This document shows positions 19,039 to 29,355 of a stretch of DNA of 55,473 bases, piece after piece. This DNA is from Gemmatimonadales bacterium (GTDB lineage: Bacteria; Gemmatimonadota; Gemmatimonadetes; Gemmatimonadales; GWC2-71-9). A program made the translations under genes and the position numbers. The DNA lies in the NCBI GenBank assembly GCA_041615815.1, contig JBFJCP010000029.1:1-55473 (forward strand), written 5' to 3'. The notes beneath the pieces are model-generated. The model was not told the DNA's origin. It ran no database searches and worked only from the letters and a program-made list of their open reading frames with translations. Within the stretch, counting starts at the first letter, position 1, and the number at the start of each line of letters is the position of its first letter.

Positions 19039-20613
19039 TCAGTGGTGGTCGTGGCGCTGGTGAGACCCAGCGGACGATGACTGATGTGCAGCACCGCGTT
19101 CGAGCTCGGAACGGATCAGGGAACGCAGCGACTTGAGCTGCTCTACCCCACCATAGCCAATCCACCGATTGACGATACGCCCATCCCGATCCAGCAGCAC
19201 CGTGAAGGGAAGCCCAACGTAAAAGTACTTCCTCTGGAGGTCTCCTCGCCCTAGGAGAACGGGGAAAGAGAATCCGTACTCCTCAATGAAGGCGGCGGCG
19301 CTCGCCACCTTCACATCTTCGTTCAAGGTGATGAGCGAGAATGCTGGATCGTCGATCTCCCTCCAGAGACTGTCCAGCGCGGGCATCTCCTCACGACACG
19401 GCCCGCACCAACTCGCCCAAAAATTCACGAGCACCACTTTGCCCCTTAGATCGGCGAGATTCAGCACCCCTCCTCCAAGACGTTCCAGCTCGAAAGCCGG
19501 GAATTTTTCGCGCTCCCTCGGTGCAACACCGGTAACCAGCCGGAAGGGATCGAGCGCGTGGAGCCGTCCGTCTGGCGCCACCGCGACCGTGGGCAGAGGA
19601 GTGTCCAGCTCGGCCGTCCGTCGGAGCACCCCCGTGGAGCGATCGAATACGTCCAATCGGCTCTCTGAGGTCGTGTATCCGTTCACGCTGAGGACATAGA
19701 GGTGGTGGTCCGGGCCGAGCGCGATCCCGAGATTCACCGGAGCATAGTCGATGGTCGGCCCTTCGGGCCCCACCTCAAAGCGAGGCTCATCGACACTCTG
19801 TGGGAGTCCGCGACGGGCGACCCACAACGTGTCTCCGGCGAGGGAGAACGCAATCACCTCATCCCGAATGAATGGCGCGTAGTAGACGGCACCGTCTCCC
19901 ACGGCAATGTGGCCGGAGCCAGCAAGCTCAGCGAGCAACACGTGTTCGGGTATTGGCACTTGGCCGATACCGCGGGCTGCTGTCCCACTGGCATCCAGCG
20001 ACACGACTATCGGTTGTGGCCCGTTCGGGAGCCGAAAGGCGAACTGCGAAGCAGATCGGACCAACCATGGTGTCCCGTCTCGCCCGGTCGCCACCGTCGC
20101 ATAGTCGAACGGACCCGGCACGGACTGCTGGACACTGCCATGGCGGTCGAGCCGCAACACCTCACCGCCGGCATCCACCACCCAATACCCGTCGGTCGCC
20201 GCCGCAATGCTTGCGGGCTCACGTACCCCCAGTCTGAGCGGCATCCGAAGCGGGCGCAGCCGCCCATCGAATCTGACGGCTCCACCTCCCCTATCGAGGA
20301 CGATGGCCCCGTCACCGTCCGGCGCTGCCGGACGCCCTTCGAACCACAGAAGCCGTACCGCTCCTCGGGGAAAGGCACTGTCCGCGATGAGAAGCGCTGG
20401 CGCTCCCGCTCGGAACACATGTCGGACGCCGCCGATCGCCGTTTCCGCCGTCGGTGTCGCGTTCGGATTGGTCGTGAGCAGAGGACCGCCGATCGCCTCC
20501 GGGGAGCCTCGCGAGGCTGCCGCGAGGACGATCCCAAGCACTCCTGTCACGACAAGAGTCACCAGAGCGGGCCGGCTGAGCTTCCGGCCCGCTCGAGCCG
20601 CAACAACCCTCAT
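19039..20613 (-). CDS. Membrane-anchored/exported protein with beta-rich N-terminal region and C-terminal TlpA-like thioredoxin domain
   Basis: LRGKVVLVNFWASWCGPCREEMP and cis-Pro loop GLPFTVLLDRDG; hydrophobic N-terminus; His-rich tail; ATGA overlap with the upstream gene. Confidence 0.8.
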   Translation of the reverse strand: MRVVAARAGRKLSRPALVTLVVTGVLGIVLAAASRGSPEAIGGPLLTTNPNATPTAETAIGGVRHVFRAGAPALLIADSAFPRGAVRLLWFEGRPAAPDGDGAIVLDRGGGAVRFDGRLRPLRMPLRLGVREPASIAAATDGYWVVDAGGEVLRLDRHGSVQQSVPGPFDYATVATGRDGTPWLVRSASQFAFRLPNGPQPIVVSLDASGTAARGIGQVPIPEHVLLAELAGSGHIAVGDGAVYYAPFIRDEVIAFSLAGDTLWVARRGLPQSVDEPRFEVGPEGPTIDYAPVNLGIALGPDHHLYVLSVNGYTTSESRLDVFDRSTGVLRRTAELDTPLPTVAVAPDGRLHALDPFRLVTGVAPREREKFPAFELERLGGGVLNLADLRGKVVLVNFWASWCGPCREEMPALDSLWREIDDPAFSLITLNEDVKVASAAAFIEEYGFSFPVLLGRGDLQRKYFYVGLPFTVLLDRDGRIVNRWIGYGGVEQLKSLRSLIRSELERGAAHQSSSAGSHQRHDHH

Positions 20614-21002
20614 GATTTGCGTGCGATCTTCTCGATCTCGATGGCCTTGGCCCCGCCGGCTTCCAGCACTTTGCCCGTAATCGTGACTTCTTGCTCCGCG
20701 AACTCCTTGAGGCGCGCGTTCTGGCTCTCACCTGGCATACCGCCGCTCACAGGGAGATAGAGCGAGCCATTACTCGTGAGAATCGCCAAGGGGATTCCCT
20801 TGTCCGCGCACACTTGGCTGCACATCCGGTGATCGGCGCCCGAGAGGCCATGGCGGAACTTGCATGAGAGATCGATCACCGTGCCCGTGATCGTGGCCTG
20901 TTCGTGCTTCGGCGCGCTGGTCATCTGTGCTTCGACCGCCGTCGGTAACGCAAAGGCGAAAACCGCGGTGATCCCCAGTCCGGCCATAATGCGTTTCACC
21001 AT
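20610..21002 (-). CDS. Small secreted hypothetical protein with Cys/His motif
   Basis: SD GGAGGAGG before ATG 21002; signal peptide ending VEA; ITGTVIDLSC...HRMCSQVC; stop overlaps the start of the TlpA fusion. Confidence 0.8.
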   Translation of the reverse strand: MVKRIMAGLGITAVFAFALPTAVEAQMTSAPKHEQATITGTVIDLSCKFRHGLSGADHRMCSQVCADKGIPLAILTSNGSLYLPVSGGMPGESQNARLKEFAEQEVTITGKVLEAGGAKAIEIEKIARKS

Positions 21003-21232
21003 CGTCCTCCTCCGAAAGTGGTTTCTGTCCACGGTGCCACCCACGCCACCGCGACACCCGATACATCGGCCCTCCGAACGCTGCCTTTGGGGATGTCGGC
21101 TGCCGGCCGCGGCGCGCGCTTGGGCGTGGTTCCATGGGACATTGCACTTTGGGAAACAGAGGGTGCGGCACGGCGGTTCCCGAACAGAAACGCACCGCGG
21201 GCAAGCAGGCGGGCTATACGGCGATGATTTCG

Positions 21233-23524
21233 CTAAGCACTTGCAGCAACCTTGGCTGGGGCGTCCAACAGCTCTCTGATCTTTTCAGCCAGCTCTGCGA
21301 GCGTCCATGGTTTCCGAAGCAGCGGAAGCGTCGGATCGAATTCGCCGATATCACCCTTTCCACGGAGGATGTACCCACTCATAAACAAGACCTTCAGATT
21401 CGGGTGCTCTTTGCGGAGAACTTCGCGCAGCTGAGGACCGGTCACCTTTGGCATGACGACGTCGGTGAGGACAAGGTCGATGGACTCGGCATGTTGGCGG
21501 AAGACCGCAATGCCTTCCGCACCATCGGATGCGAGGAGAACACGATACCCAAGCTTACCGAGCCCCCGCCGGACTGCTTCACGTACCGCGGGCTCGTCTT
21601 CGACGACGAGGACGGTTTCATCGCCGCCTCGGATCGGTGTCGAGCGAGGCAAACGGGACGACCGCACGGCCGGGACCCGACGCGCGGGGAGAAACAACAC
21701 GACCGTTGTGCCGCTCCCCAGTTGGCTGGTCACGTCAACGTAGCCCTCGTGCTGCTTGACAAGTCCGTAAATCATGGCCGCACCGAGTCCGGTCCCACTT
21801 CCCGGCGCTTTGGTCGTGAAGAACGGCTCGAAGAGGCGCCGTCGCGTCTCGGCGTCCATGCCGGTACCGGTATCACTCACGTGCACGCAGACGTACTCAC
21901 CGATCTGACCCCACCCATGTCGCGCGACATGCCGCTCGTCAATGCGACCACGTTTCACATCGATACGAAGCGTACCGCCGCGAGGCATCGCGTCTCGAGA
22001 GTTGGTAGCGACATTTACGAGAATTTGCTCGATGGAACCGGCATCCGCTTCCACCGCCGGCAGCGATTGGCCGGTCGAGACCTGGATCTCGATGTTTTCT
22101 GGCAGGAGCCGTCGGAGAACCTCTGCGGTTTCTCGTACCACCGCGCCGAGATCGATGGGTTCTCGCACCAGTCTCTCTCGGCGACTGAACGCCAGCAGCT
22201 TGCGAATCATCGCCGCCCCGCGTCTGGCCGCCTCCCGTAACTCATTGAGCTCCGCCTCGGCTTCGGCGCTTCCATGGAGCGGATGCGAGGACGCCGCCAG
22301 CAGGTCAGCGTTGGCGAGGATGACCGTCAAGAGATTGTTGAGGTCGTGCGCGATCCCGCCCGTCAGCTGACCCACTGCCTCCATCTTCTGCGATTGTCGC
22401 AGTTGCTCTTCCAGTATTTTCCGCTCGGTCACGTCCTCGACGATCATCTCGAACCCGCGACCGCGGGAATCCGCATACGGCCGTCCGCTCAGCCGCACCG
22501 TGATCGGTGTTCCGTCCTGCCGCCGCCAATCCACCTCGACATTCTCGATGTGATCGACCTCGCGGTATCGGGACACCAACCTGGCTCGCTCGGCAGGGTA
22601 GCGGTACAGATCGTTGGCCAGCGACAGCGCGAGCACGTCCTCTTCGGAGCGATAGCCGAGCATGTCCACCAACGCCGGGTTGACGGCCAGGAACCGGCCG
22701 TCTTCAGAGGAACGGTACATGCCATACGCCGCACCCTTGACCAGCGTACGGTAATCTTCCTCGGATCGACATAGTGCATCCTGAGTACGGCGCATTTGAC
22801 GTGCCAATATCGAACTCCAGACGACCGCCGCGGAAACGAGTAGGATCGTCGTGACCAAGAGAAACGCCATGATCACGTGCTTGAGCCATCGTGCCCCCTC
22901 CCCCAGCGTCACCGAGAACTGCCGTTCCATGGCCGTGAGCAGTTGATTCAGCGTGTCGATATCGTCAAGGGTGGCCGCGATGACCTCGGGATCGGGACGG
23001 TCGGACAGAATCTCAGCCCGGATACGCTGGGCGTTTGCTTCGATTCGCTCGATCAGGGCGTCTCCGTGCTCCCAAATCTGCAAGGCACGTTCGATGTACT
23101 TGAAATGCTTGAACGCCCTGAGCGCGGCCGTGAAACCCGCAATGTCATCTGGATGATTTCCAGCTTGCGCAAATGCCTCGTGAACGGCAGCCATGTCCGG
23201 ATCTGGCTGTTTGAGCAGCTCCCGTGCACGCCGATTGGATCGAGGGACCTGCATGGCCGTCTGATATGCGCCATAATCCGACTCGTTACCCGTCCGTGCA
23301 TAGCGTTGCAGTGCTATGGTCGCGTCTTTTTGTCCCCGGGACCACAGACCTTCGCCCGCGACATACGACCGAGACCATGACAGAATCTCGAGCCCTGTGA
23401 AACTCACGTACAGGAGGAGTGCGACCACTGCAGCAAAGACACCGACGACCACGAGAACGCTCGTGTCCGCCTTGCGGAGCCCCGTTTGGACTTTGTAGGA
23501 CTGGCCCAGCATCATTGGGATCAT
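21233..23524 (-). CDS. Membrane hybrid histidine kinase (2 TM sensor, PAS, HisKA, HATPase, REC)
   Basis: [20 protein letters not shown]-box, [13 protein letters not shown], receiver VVEDE...DVVMP...KPW. Confidence 0.92.
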   Translation of the reverse strand: MIPMMLGQSYKVQTGLRKADTSVLVVVGVFAAVVALLLYVSFTGLEILSWSRSYVAGEGLWSRGQKDATIALQRYARTGNESDYGAYQTAMQVPRSNRRARELLKQPDPDMAAVHEAFAQAGNHPDDIAGFTAALRAFKHFKYIERALQIWEHGDALIERIEANAQRIRAEILSDRPDPEVIAATLDDIDTLNQLLTAMERQFSVTLGEGARWLKHVIMAFLLVTTILLVSAAVVWSSILARQMRRTQDALCRSEEDYRTLVKGAAYGMYRSSEDGRFLAVNPALVDMLGYRSEEDVLALSLANDLYRYPAERARLVSRYREVDHIENVEVDWRRQDGTPITVRLSGRPYADSRGRGFEMIVEDVTERKILEEQLRQSQKMEAVGQLTGGIAHDLNNLLTVILANADLLAASSHPLHGSAEAEAELNELREAARRGAAMIRKLLAFSRRERLVREPIDLGAVVRETAEVLRRLLPENIEIQVSTGQSLPAVEADAGSIEQILVNVATNSRDAMPRGGTLRIDVKRGRIDERHVARHGWGQIGEYVCVHVSDTGTGMDAETRRRLFEPFFTTKAPGSGTGLGAAMIYGLVKQHEGYVDVTSQLGSGTTVVLFLPARRVPAVRSSRLPRSTPIRGGDETVLVVEDEPAVREAVRRGLGKLGYRVLLASDGAEGIAVFRQHAESIDLVLTDVVMPKVTGPQLREVLRKEHPNLKVLFMSGYILRGKGDIGEFDPTLPLLRKPWTLAELAEKIRELLDAPAKVAASA

Positions 23525-26500
23525 CGTGCGGTAGCCGGGCGTGCCAGGAGGCCCGCCGGTGCACGGGGAAGTGCCGGTGCCTGGTCGAGGACTTCGCGGA
23601 CTCGGCGGAGTAGGTCCGCAACGGTCCAGGGCTTGTGCAGGAACGGCAGCGCGGGATCGAGAGACCCACAGTCGGTCATCTCACGTGGGGCGTACCCACT
23701 GGTGAAGATGAACCGAACGTTCAACCCAGCTTGTCTCGCGGTGGCAAACAGCTTCTGACCACCGAGCTTGGGCATCACCACGTCCGTGATGACCAAATCA
23801 ATGTGGACCTCGGGGTTGAGGAGAAGCGCCAAAGCTTCCTGTCCATCGGCAGCTACCCGGAGGCGGTAGCCATAACGGTGCAGCACGCGCTGGCTAGCAC
23901 GGCGGATCGCCTCCTCGTCTTCCACCAACAATATCGTCTCGCTCCCACCGCGGAGAGCCGCGACGCCATGCGCGGTGGTCCCGACCGGTTGATCGCCCCG
24001 ATCCGCCGGGAAGTACATGGAAATCGTGGTGCCGTGCCCCACCTCGCTCTCGACGTTGATGAAACCGCCATGTTGTTTGATGAGTCCGTATACCATGGCC
24101 ATTCCGAGACCCGTTCCCTCCCCGGGTGGTTTGGTCGTGAAGAAGGGCTCGAAGATCTTCGTCCTGATGGAATCCTCGATACCCGTACCCGTATCAGTCA
24201 CCGCGAGACAGACATAGTCTCCCGGATCCCCCCACCCGTACTTGGCCCGGTATTGATCGTCGATAGCCGCTTCTCGGATCTCGATCGTCAGGGAACCACC
24301 ATCCGGCATCGCATCCCGGGAATTGGTGGCCAAGTTCAATACGATCTGCTCCACAGCTCCTCGATCTGCCCGCACGATCGCGTGACTGGGATCCCGAATT
24401 ACCTGGACTTCGATGTGCTCTGGCAGAAGACGTCGGAGCATGGAGCCCAGTTCGTCGGCAATCTCCCCCAAGTCCAGGCGCTCGATGTCGAGGTGCTCCC
24501 GGCGCGAGAACGCCATCAGCTTGCGGATCATCGCAGCGCCGCGTCGCGCGGCAGCGCGAATGTCATCGACCTCGGAGTGAAGAAGCACATGTTCGTTGGG
24601 AAGCGCCCCCGCCAGCAGTTCCGCATTCGAGAGTACGGCGGTGAGAATATTGTTGAAATCGTGCGCAATCCCTCCGGTCAGCTGCCCGATCGCTTCCATC
24701 TTCTGCGCCTGTCGGAGCTGCGACTCCAGGGCACGCTGCCTCGTGACGTCTTCGGCGATCATTTCGACGGCCAACGCGGTTCCTGCCCGGTTACGCACCG
24801 CCCGTCCGCTCAGCCGCACGGTGATCACAGAGTCATCGCTTTGCTTCCAACGCGTCTCAACACCATCGACGCGATCAACAGTCGCGAAGCGTTCCATCAG
24901 CCGCCCCCACTGTTCTGAGTCGACATAGACCTGATGGCGGATATCCACGGCCATGAGATCCTCCGCCGATGCATATCCGAGCATTTCGACGAGTGCAGGG
25001 TTCACCGCCAAGAATTCACCACTGTGGGAGGCGCGGAAAATGCCGTAGGTAGCGTGCTCGACGAGCGCACGATACTTCGCCTCGGATTCCCGGAGAGCCC
25101 GCTCAGCCTCCTTCCGCGGCGTTATATCGACGAGCGCGTTTACGAGGCCGATCACCGCTCCGTCGCTATCGCAAAGCGGGGCGGCGGCGAGGCTGACGTT
25201 GATGGTTGCCCCGTCCTTGGTCACCCGGTATGTCTCGACCCCACGCACCGTCTCACCACTCATGACCGCCCTGCGAATCTGGTGAAACTCCGCGACTCGT
25301 TCTTCGGGTACGATGAGGGGACGCTGACCCAAAAGTTCATCGATCGTCCAGCCAAAAGTGTTTTGTGCGGCGGAATTCCACATGCGCACGTAGCCTTCCC
25401 GATCCAACATGAGCGTGGGGAGTGGCGAGGCGTCGAAGACCGCACGCAGCGCATCGCGACTCGCGCGCAGTGCCTCGGCCACCTGCTGCCGCTCGGTGAT
25501 ATCCGTCATGCTTCCCCGGACGAGGCGGCGGCCGGCATAGGGAAGGCTGACGAGACGGACCTCACAGGGTATGAGGCCACCACCCGCGTGCCGGTGGGTC
25601 CACTCGAACGCCGGCACCTCGCCGTCCAAGGCGCGCTCGATCTGCTCCCAGGAACGTTCAACGGAGGGACGGCCATCGGGCTGCAGTGCGGGACTCAGCT
25701 GCACGGGGCCCATCTGCAACAGCTGGTCACGCTCGAGCCCAAACAGCTCTTCGGCTCGACGATTGACTTCGACGAACCGCCCGCTGTCCACGTCCAAGAT
25801 CACCACAGCTTCCGGCGCCTGCTCGACGAGTATTCGCAGTCGCTGTTCGCTCTCCCGAAGAGCACGCTCGGCTTGCTTCCGATCCGTGATGTCGCGCACC
25901 ATCGCCAGGGTTTTGCGCTCACCGGCTGGCACGATTCGCGCTTCAAAGCTCCGCGGTCGGCCTCTATGCTCGAGCTCGTACTCCAACGTTTGGATGCGCT
26001 CGGTCTCGAGCGCATCCCGCACGGCGCTCGTCATTCTTCCGGAGAGGGCTTCGGGGAACACCTCGTGTATACGACGCCCGAGAAACTGATCGGGTGGCAC
26101 GACGGGCTTGAATCCCTTCGCCGGGATGAAATCGAGAAACACCCCGTGTTCGTCGAGCTGGAAGATGGCGTCGGGGATCACGCTCAAGAGGACTCGGTTC
26201 TTTGCCTCGCTCTCACGTAGGGCTTGTTCGACGTGCTTTCGCTCAGTGATGTCCTCGAGAATGCCGAGGCAATGAACACCCCCACCCTGTTCCGCCGCAA
26301 TCGCCCAAACGGTGAGGTTCACCCAGACGGTCGAGCCATCGCGACGCACGTAGCGTCGCTCGACTTGGTAGTGGTCGAGCTCTCGCGCAAACATCTTGCT
26401 CACCTGCTTGCGCGAGTGTGAAATGTCCTCTGAATGGGAGAACTCCAGGAACGAGCGACCTACCATGTCCGCGGGCGGGTATCCGAGCATTCGCGAGATG

Positions 26501-26706
26501 GCCTTGTTGATGGCCAGGATCCGGAAATCGGAGTCTACCAATGCAACCCCGAAAGGCCCTTCCATTAGTATCCCGCTGAGCTTCTCACGAGCCACGATGT
26601 TCGGAAACTCTGGCGGTTTTCGCCGGCGTCCGAAGCGGGCGCCCACCCAGACGCCCACCAGCAAGGCGGCGAGTCCGGTGGCTAGGGCCGCAACGCCCGC
26701 GGTCAT
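23521..26706 (-). CDS. Multi-PAS hybrid histidine kinase (N-terminal TM, about five PAS, HisKA, HATPase, REC)
   Basis: Repeated PAS ends (DITERK, DITDRK, DITERQ, DITPRK, DVTRQR); GGIAHDFNN; receiver domain. ATG 26706 overlaps the upstream stop. Confidence 0.92.
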   Translation of the reverse strand: MTAGVAALATGLAALLVGVWVGARFGRRRKPPEFPNIVAREKLSGILMEGPFGVALVDSDFRILAINKAISRMLGYPPADMVGRSFLEFSHSEDISHSRKQVSKMFARELDHYQVERRYVRRDGSTVWVNLTVWAIAAEQGGGVHCLGILEDITERKHVEQALRESEAKNRVLLSVIPDAIFQLDEHGVFLDFIPAKGFKPVVPPDQFLGRRIHEVFPEALSGRMTSAVRDALETERIQTLEYELEHRGRPRSFEARIVPAGERKTLAMVRDITDRKQAERALRESEQRLRILVEQAPEAVVILDVDSGRFVEVNRRAEELFGLERDQLLQMGPVQLSPALQPDGRPSVERSWEQIERALDGEVPAFEWTHRHAGGGLIPCEVRLVSLPYAGRRLVRGSMTDITERQQVAEALRASRDALRAVFDASPLPTLMLDREGYVRMWNSAAQNTFGWTIDELLGQRPLIVPEERVAEFHQIRRAVMSGETVRGVETYRVTKDGATINVSLAAAPLCDSDGAVIGLVNALVDITPRKEAERALRESEAKYRALVEHATYGIFRASHSGEFLAVNPALVEMLGYASAEDLMAVDIRHQVYVDSEQWGRLMERFATVDRVDGVETRWKQSDDSVITVRLSGRAVRNRAGTALAVEMIAEDVTRQRALESQLRQAQKMEAIGQLTGGIAHDFNNILTAVLSNAELLAGALPNEHVLLHSEVDDIRAAARRGAAMIRKLMAFSRREHLDIERLDLGEIADELGSMLRRLLPEHIEVQVIRDPSHAIVRADRGAVEQIVLNLATNSRDAMPDGGSLTIEIREAAIDDQYRAKYGWGDPGDYVCLAVTDTGTGIEDSIRTKIFEPFFTTKPPGEGTGLGMAMVYGLIKQHGGFINVESEVGHGTTISMYFPADRGDQPVGTTAHGVAALRGGSETILLVEDEEAIRRASQRVLHRYGYRLRVAADGQEALALLLNPEVHIDLVITDVVMPKLGGQKLFATARQAGLNVRFIFTSGYAPREMTDCGSLDPALPFLHKPWTVADLLRRVREVLDQAPALPRAPAGLLARPATAR

Positions 26707-27110
26707 CGACTTCGCACCTGGAACGCGGGCCCATAGAGGGCTTCCAGTGCCCGGGGCATCTGCACCGTCCAATCGGCCTTGGTGACAAAGGCGTCAGCCC
26801 CGGCCGCGGATGCCGCATCGCGATACGCGGGATCGTCGTACAGTGTCAGGATCACGACCTGCGGTGGATTGTCGTCGGCCTTGATCAGGCGGGTGGCTTC
26901 GAGCCCGTTCATTTCGGGCATAGCGAGGTCCATCAGGACCAGATCGGGAGTCAGTGCCGCCACCAGCTGGATCGCTTCGCGACCGGAGGACGCGCATCCC
27001 ACCACCTCCACACCGGCGTCGAACGCGAGGCGCCGCAACGCCGAATTCACGAATTCGGGGCTGTCATCCACCACCACGACTCGGAGCGGCGCGGGTGCTT
27101 TGGCGGGCAT
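26703..27110 (-). CDS. Stand-alone receiver-domain response regulator (NarL-like REC)
   Basis: VVVDD, LMDLAMPEMNGLEAT, ILT, FVTK; no output domain. Confidence 0.88.
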   Translation of the reverse strand: MPAKAPAPLRVVVVDDSPEFVNSALRRLAFDAGVEVVGCASSGREAIQLVAALTPDLVLMDLAMPEMNGLEATRLIKADDNPPQVVILTLYDDPAYRDAASAAGADAFVTKADWTVQMPRALEALYGPAFQVRSR

Positions 27111-27236
27111 GAAGGTTCTCGCTCTGGGACTTGGCGGAAGACACCCAAGCCGTTGAAGGTTAAATACTTAAGGTACTAGCTAGCTTTCGGCTGCCGTGGC
27201 CAGTCTCACAGTAGGAGATCTCAGCTGCGGTGGGTA

Positions 27237-27274
27237 TCGGGAGAACCCTGAGTGTGGGAGGGGGAAATTCCCGA
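27237..27274. promoter_or_regulatory. Two imperfect inverted-repeat boxes, candidate NarL/LuxR-family operator
   Basis: TCGGG-AGAAC-CCTGA (27237) and GGGGG-AAATT-CCCGA (27260) in the gap between the NarL gene and the REC gene. Confidence 0.4.
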
Positions 27275-27300
27275 GGGGGGCCGGGGGGAGTACGGGGAAG

Positions 27301-27951
27301 CTACTCCAAGGGAACCAATCCCATCCGAATGGCATGACGCACGAGACCCGGCACGTCACGGACGCCGAGCCGTTTCATGATCTGAGCGCGGTGTGTCTCC
27401 ACCGTCTTGGTGCTGAGCTCGAGCTTGCCCGCGATCTCCTTGGTTGATGATCCTTCGGCGATGAGCTGCAGCACTTGGCGTTGCCTGGGAGACAACCGCT
27501 CACGCGGCGAGTCCCCCGAAGCAGTGGCCCGCAGATAGTTCTCCACCACCGACCTGGAGACGCCGGGACTCAGGTACGTCTCACCGCGGGCAGCCGCCCG
27601 CACGGCGATCTCCAGCTCTCCCAATCCGGCATCCTTCATGAGGTAGCCGGCGGCGCCCGCTTTGAGGGCTTGAGCGACGTACTCGTCGTCACCGTGCATC
27701 GAGAGGATGAGGACCTTGACGTCGGGATAGTGTGTGCCGATCTGCATCGCTGCATCCAGGCCGTTGAGCTCCGGCATCGTGAGGTCCATCAGCACGACGT
27801 CGGGACGGCGCGATGCAACGAACGCGACGGCCTCTCTCCCGTTGGCAACCTCGCCGATCACCTCCACACCGTCCAACTCCTCGAGCAGCGCGCGGAACCC
27901 GGAGCGGACGAGCTCATGGTCCTCGGCCAGCAGGACGCGGACGGGACGCAT
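27301..27951 (-). CDS. NarL/LuxR family DNA-binding response regulator
   Basis: LLAEDH, MDLTMP, LSPRQRQVLQLIAEG, TKEIA...TVETHR helix-turn-helix; TGATG coupling to the kinase. Confidence 0.93.
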   Translation of the reverse strand: MRPVRVLLAEDHELVRSGFRALLEELDGVEVIGEVANGREAVAFVASRRPDVVLMDLTMPELNGLDAAMQIGTHYPDVKVLILSMHGDDEYVAQALKAGAAGYLMKDAGLGELEIAVRAAARGETYLSPGVSRSVVENYLRATASGDSPRERLSPRQRQVLQLIAEGSSTKEIAGKLELSTKTVETHRAQIMKRLGVRDVPGLVRHAIRMGLVPLE

Positions 27952-29327
27952 CAACGGGCTACGACACGCCGCTCGAGTCGCTGGCTGGCCCTGAGCGGCA
28001 GGCGGGCTCGGATGACGGTTCCCTCCCCGCGCCGGGATTCCGCTCGGAAAACGCCACCGACGTTCTGCGCACGTTCCCGCATTCCGAGCAAGCCCAGTTG
28101 CTCCTGCGCGGGTTTGGTGTGCCGGCGCGACTCCGTCCGGAACCCGACCCCGTCGTCGCGCACCGTCAATTCCAGCACTCCTTCCGCCTCGTGAAGCTCG
28201 ATCTCCAGGATGGACGCGGAGGCGTGTCGCACGACGTTGGTCAATGCCTCTTGGAGAATGCGGAAGCAGGCGGTCTCGACTTCCTTTCGGATCGGGTCGA
28301 TCCGGGTGATCGCGAGCCGCAGTTCGAGTCCTGCCTTTGCAGCCACCCGCTTCGAATATGATCCGACCGCCACCGCAAGCCCCAGATCATCCAGAAGCGC
28401 TGGCCGCAATTCAAACGAAAGCGTGCGGACTTGTTCGATGGCGTGATCGATCAAAGCAATACTCTCGGCCACATCCTCTTTGCGCAGATGGGTGGCGTGC
28501 GCCTGCGCCGTGGCTTCGAAATTCAGTTTGACCGCTGTCAGTGCCTGACCAATCTGATCGTGCAGTTCACGCGCAATACGGCTTCGCTCCAACTCCTGGA
28601 TCTCCAGCAGCCGGCGGGACAGCGCTTGCTGTTGCATCCTCGTGAGCCGGAGCGCGTCTTCCGCGTGCTTCCGCTCGATCACGCGACCGAGCTGCGTTCC
28701 CACATGACGAGCAACCTCGAGAAACTCGTCATCGCGTGGAATGGCCTTGGGAGTAAAGAACTCCAGCACGGCGACGACCTCGTCGCGCACGAACACCGGG
28801 AAAGCGAAACCGACTCGCAATCCACTCTTGACGGCTTCAGTGGCGTTCGGCAAATGCAGTTGGGCTGACAGGTCTTCCACCCATACCGGCTCCTTGCGAT
28901 CGAGCACTTGCCCGGGCAGCCCAAGCCCGCGCTCGAACGACACGCTCTCAGACTCGCGACGAAACGCGGCAAAGCGCTCGACGTCGTCGAAATGCCAGGA
29001 ACCGCTGGGCACGAGTCGGCCAAGTCGGCTTTTCTCAACGACGTACGCATGTCCCACCGGCCATCCCGTATGCTCACACACCCGGTCCAGGCCGATGCGC
29101 AGCGCCGCTGCCACCGACGGCGCCTCATTGGCTGCTGTCGCCACGGACTGCAGCAAGCGGACGAGCCCGTGTTGGCGCCGAAAGGCCGTGTCCTGCTCCA
29201 GCCGCAGCCGGCGTTCCTCCTCTGCCCGCTGCCGATACTGTTCCCCCAGCACCTCGAGCTCGGCCACCCGTTGGCGCAACGAGGCTACCTCGTCGGCCAC
29301 GTGGGTTCGCGAAGGATTTTGGGTCAT
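27951..29327 (-). CDS. Soluble GAF-domain sensor histidine kinase (HisKA_3 type)
   Basis: ERSRIARELHDQIGQ, FRILQEALTNVVRH, DDGVG, GLLGMRERA; GAF with GLGLPG. Confidence 0.92.
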   Translation of the reverse strand: MTQNPSRTHVADEVASLRQRVAELEVLGEQYRQRAEEERRLRLEQDTAFRRQHGLVRLLQSVATAANEAPSVAAALRIGLDRVCEHTGWPVGHAYVVEKSRLGRLVPSGSWHFDDVERFAAFRRESESVSFERGLGLPGQVLDRKEPVWVEDLSAQLHLPNATEAVKSGLRVGFAFPVFVRDEVVAVLEFFTPKAIPRDDEFLEVARHVGTQLGRVIERKHAEDALRLTRMQQQALSRRLLEIQELERSRIARELHDQIGQALTAVKLNFEATAQAHATHLRKEDVAESIALIDHAIEQVRTLSFELRPALLDDLGLAVAVGSYSKRVAAKAGLELRLAITRIDPIRKEVETACFRILQEALTNVVRHASASILEIELHEAEGVLELTVRDDGVGFRTESRRHTKPAQEQLGLLGMRERAQNVGGVFRAESRRGEGTVIRARLPLRASQRLERRVVAR

Positions 29328-29355
29328 CGATGTCTTCCAGACATGTCCGCGCGGT

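Noticed and set aside
23635..26220. Two plus-strand ORFs of about 430 aa
   Set aside because: Both are antisense to the well-supported multi-PAS kinase and show no domain signatures.
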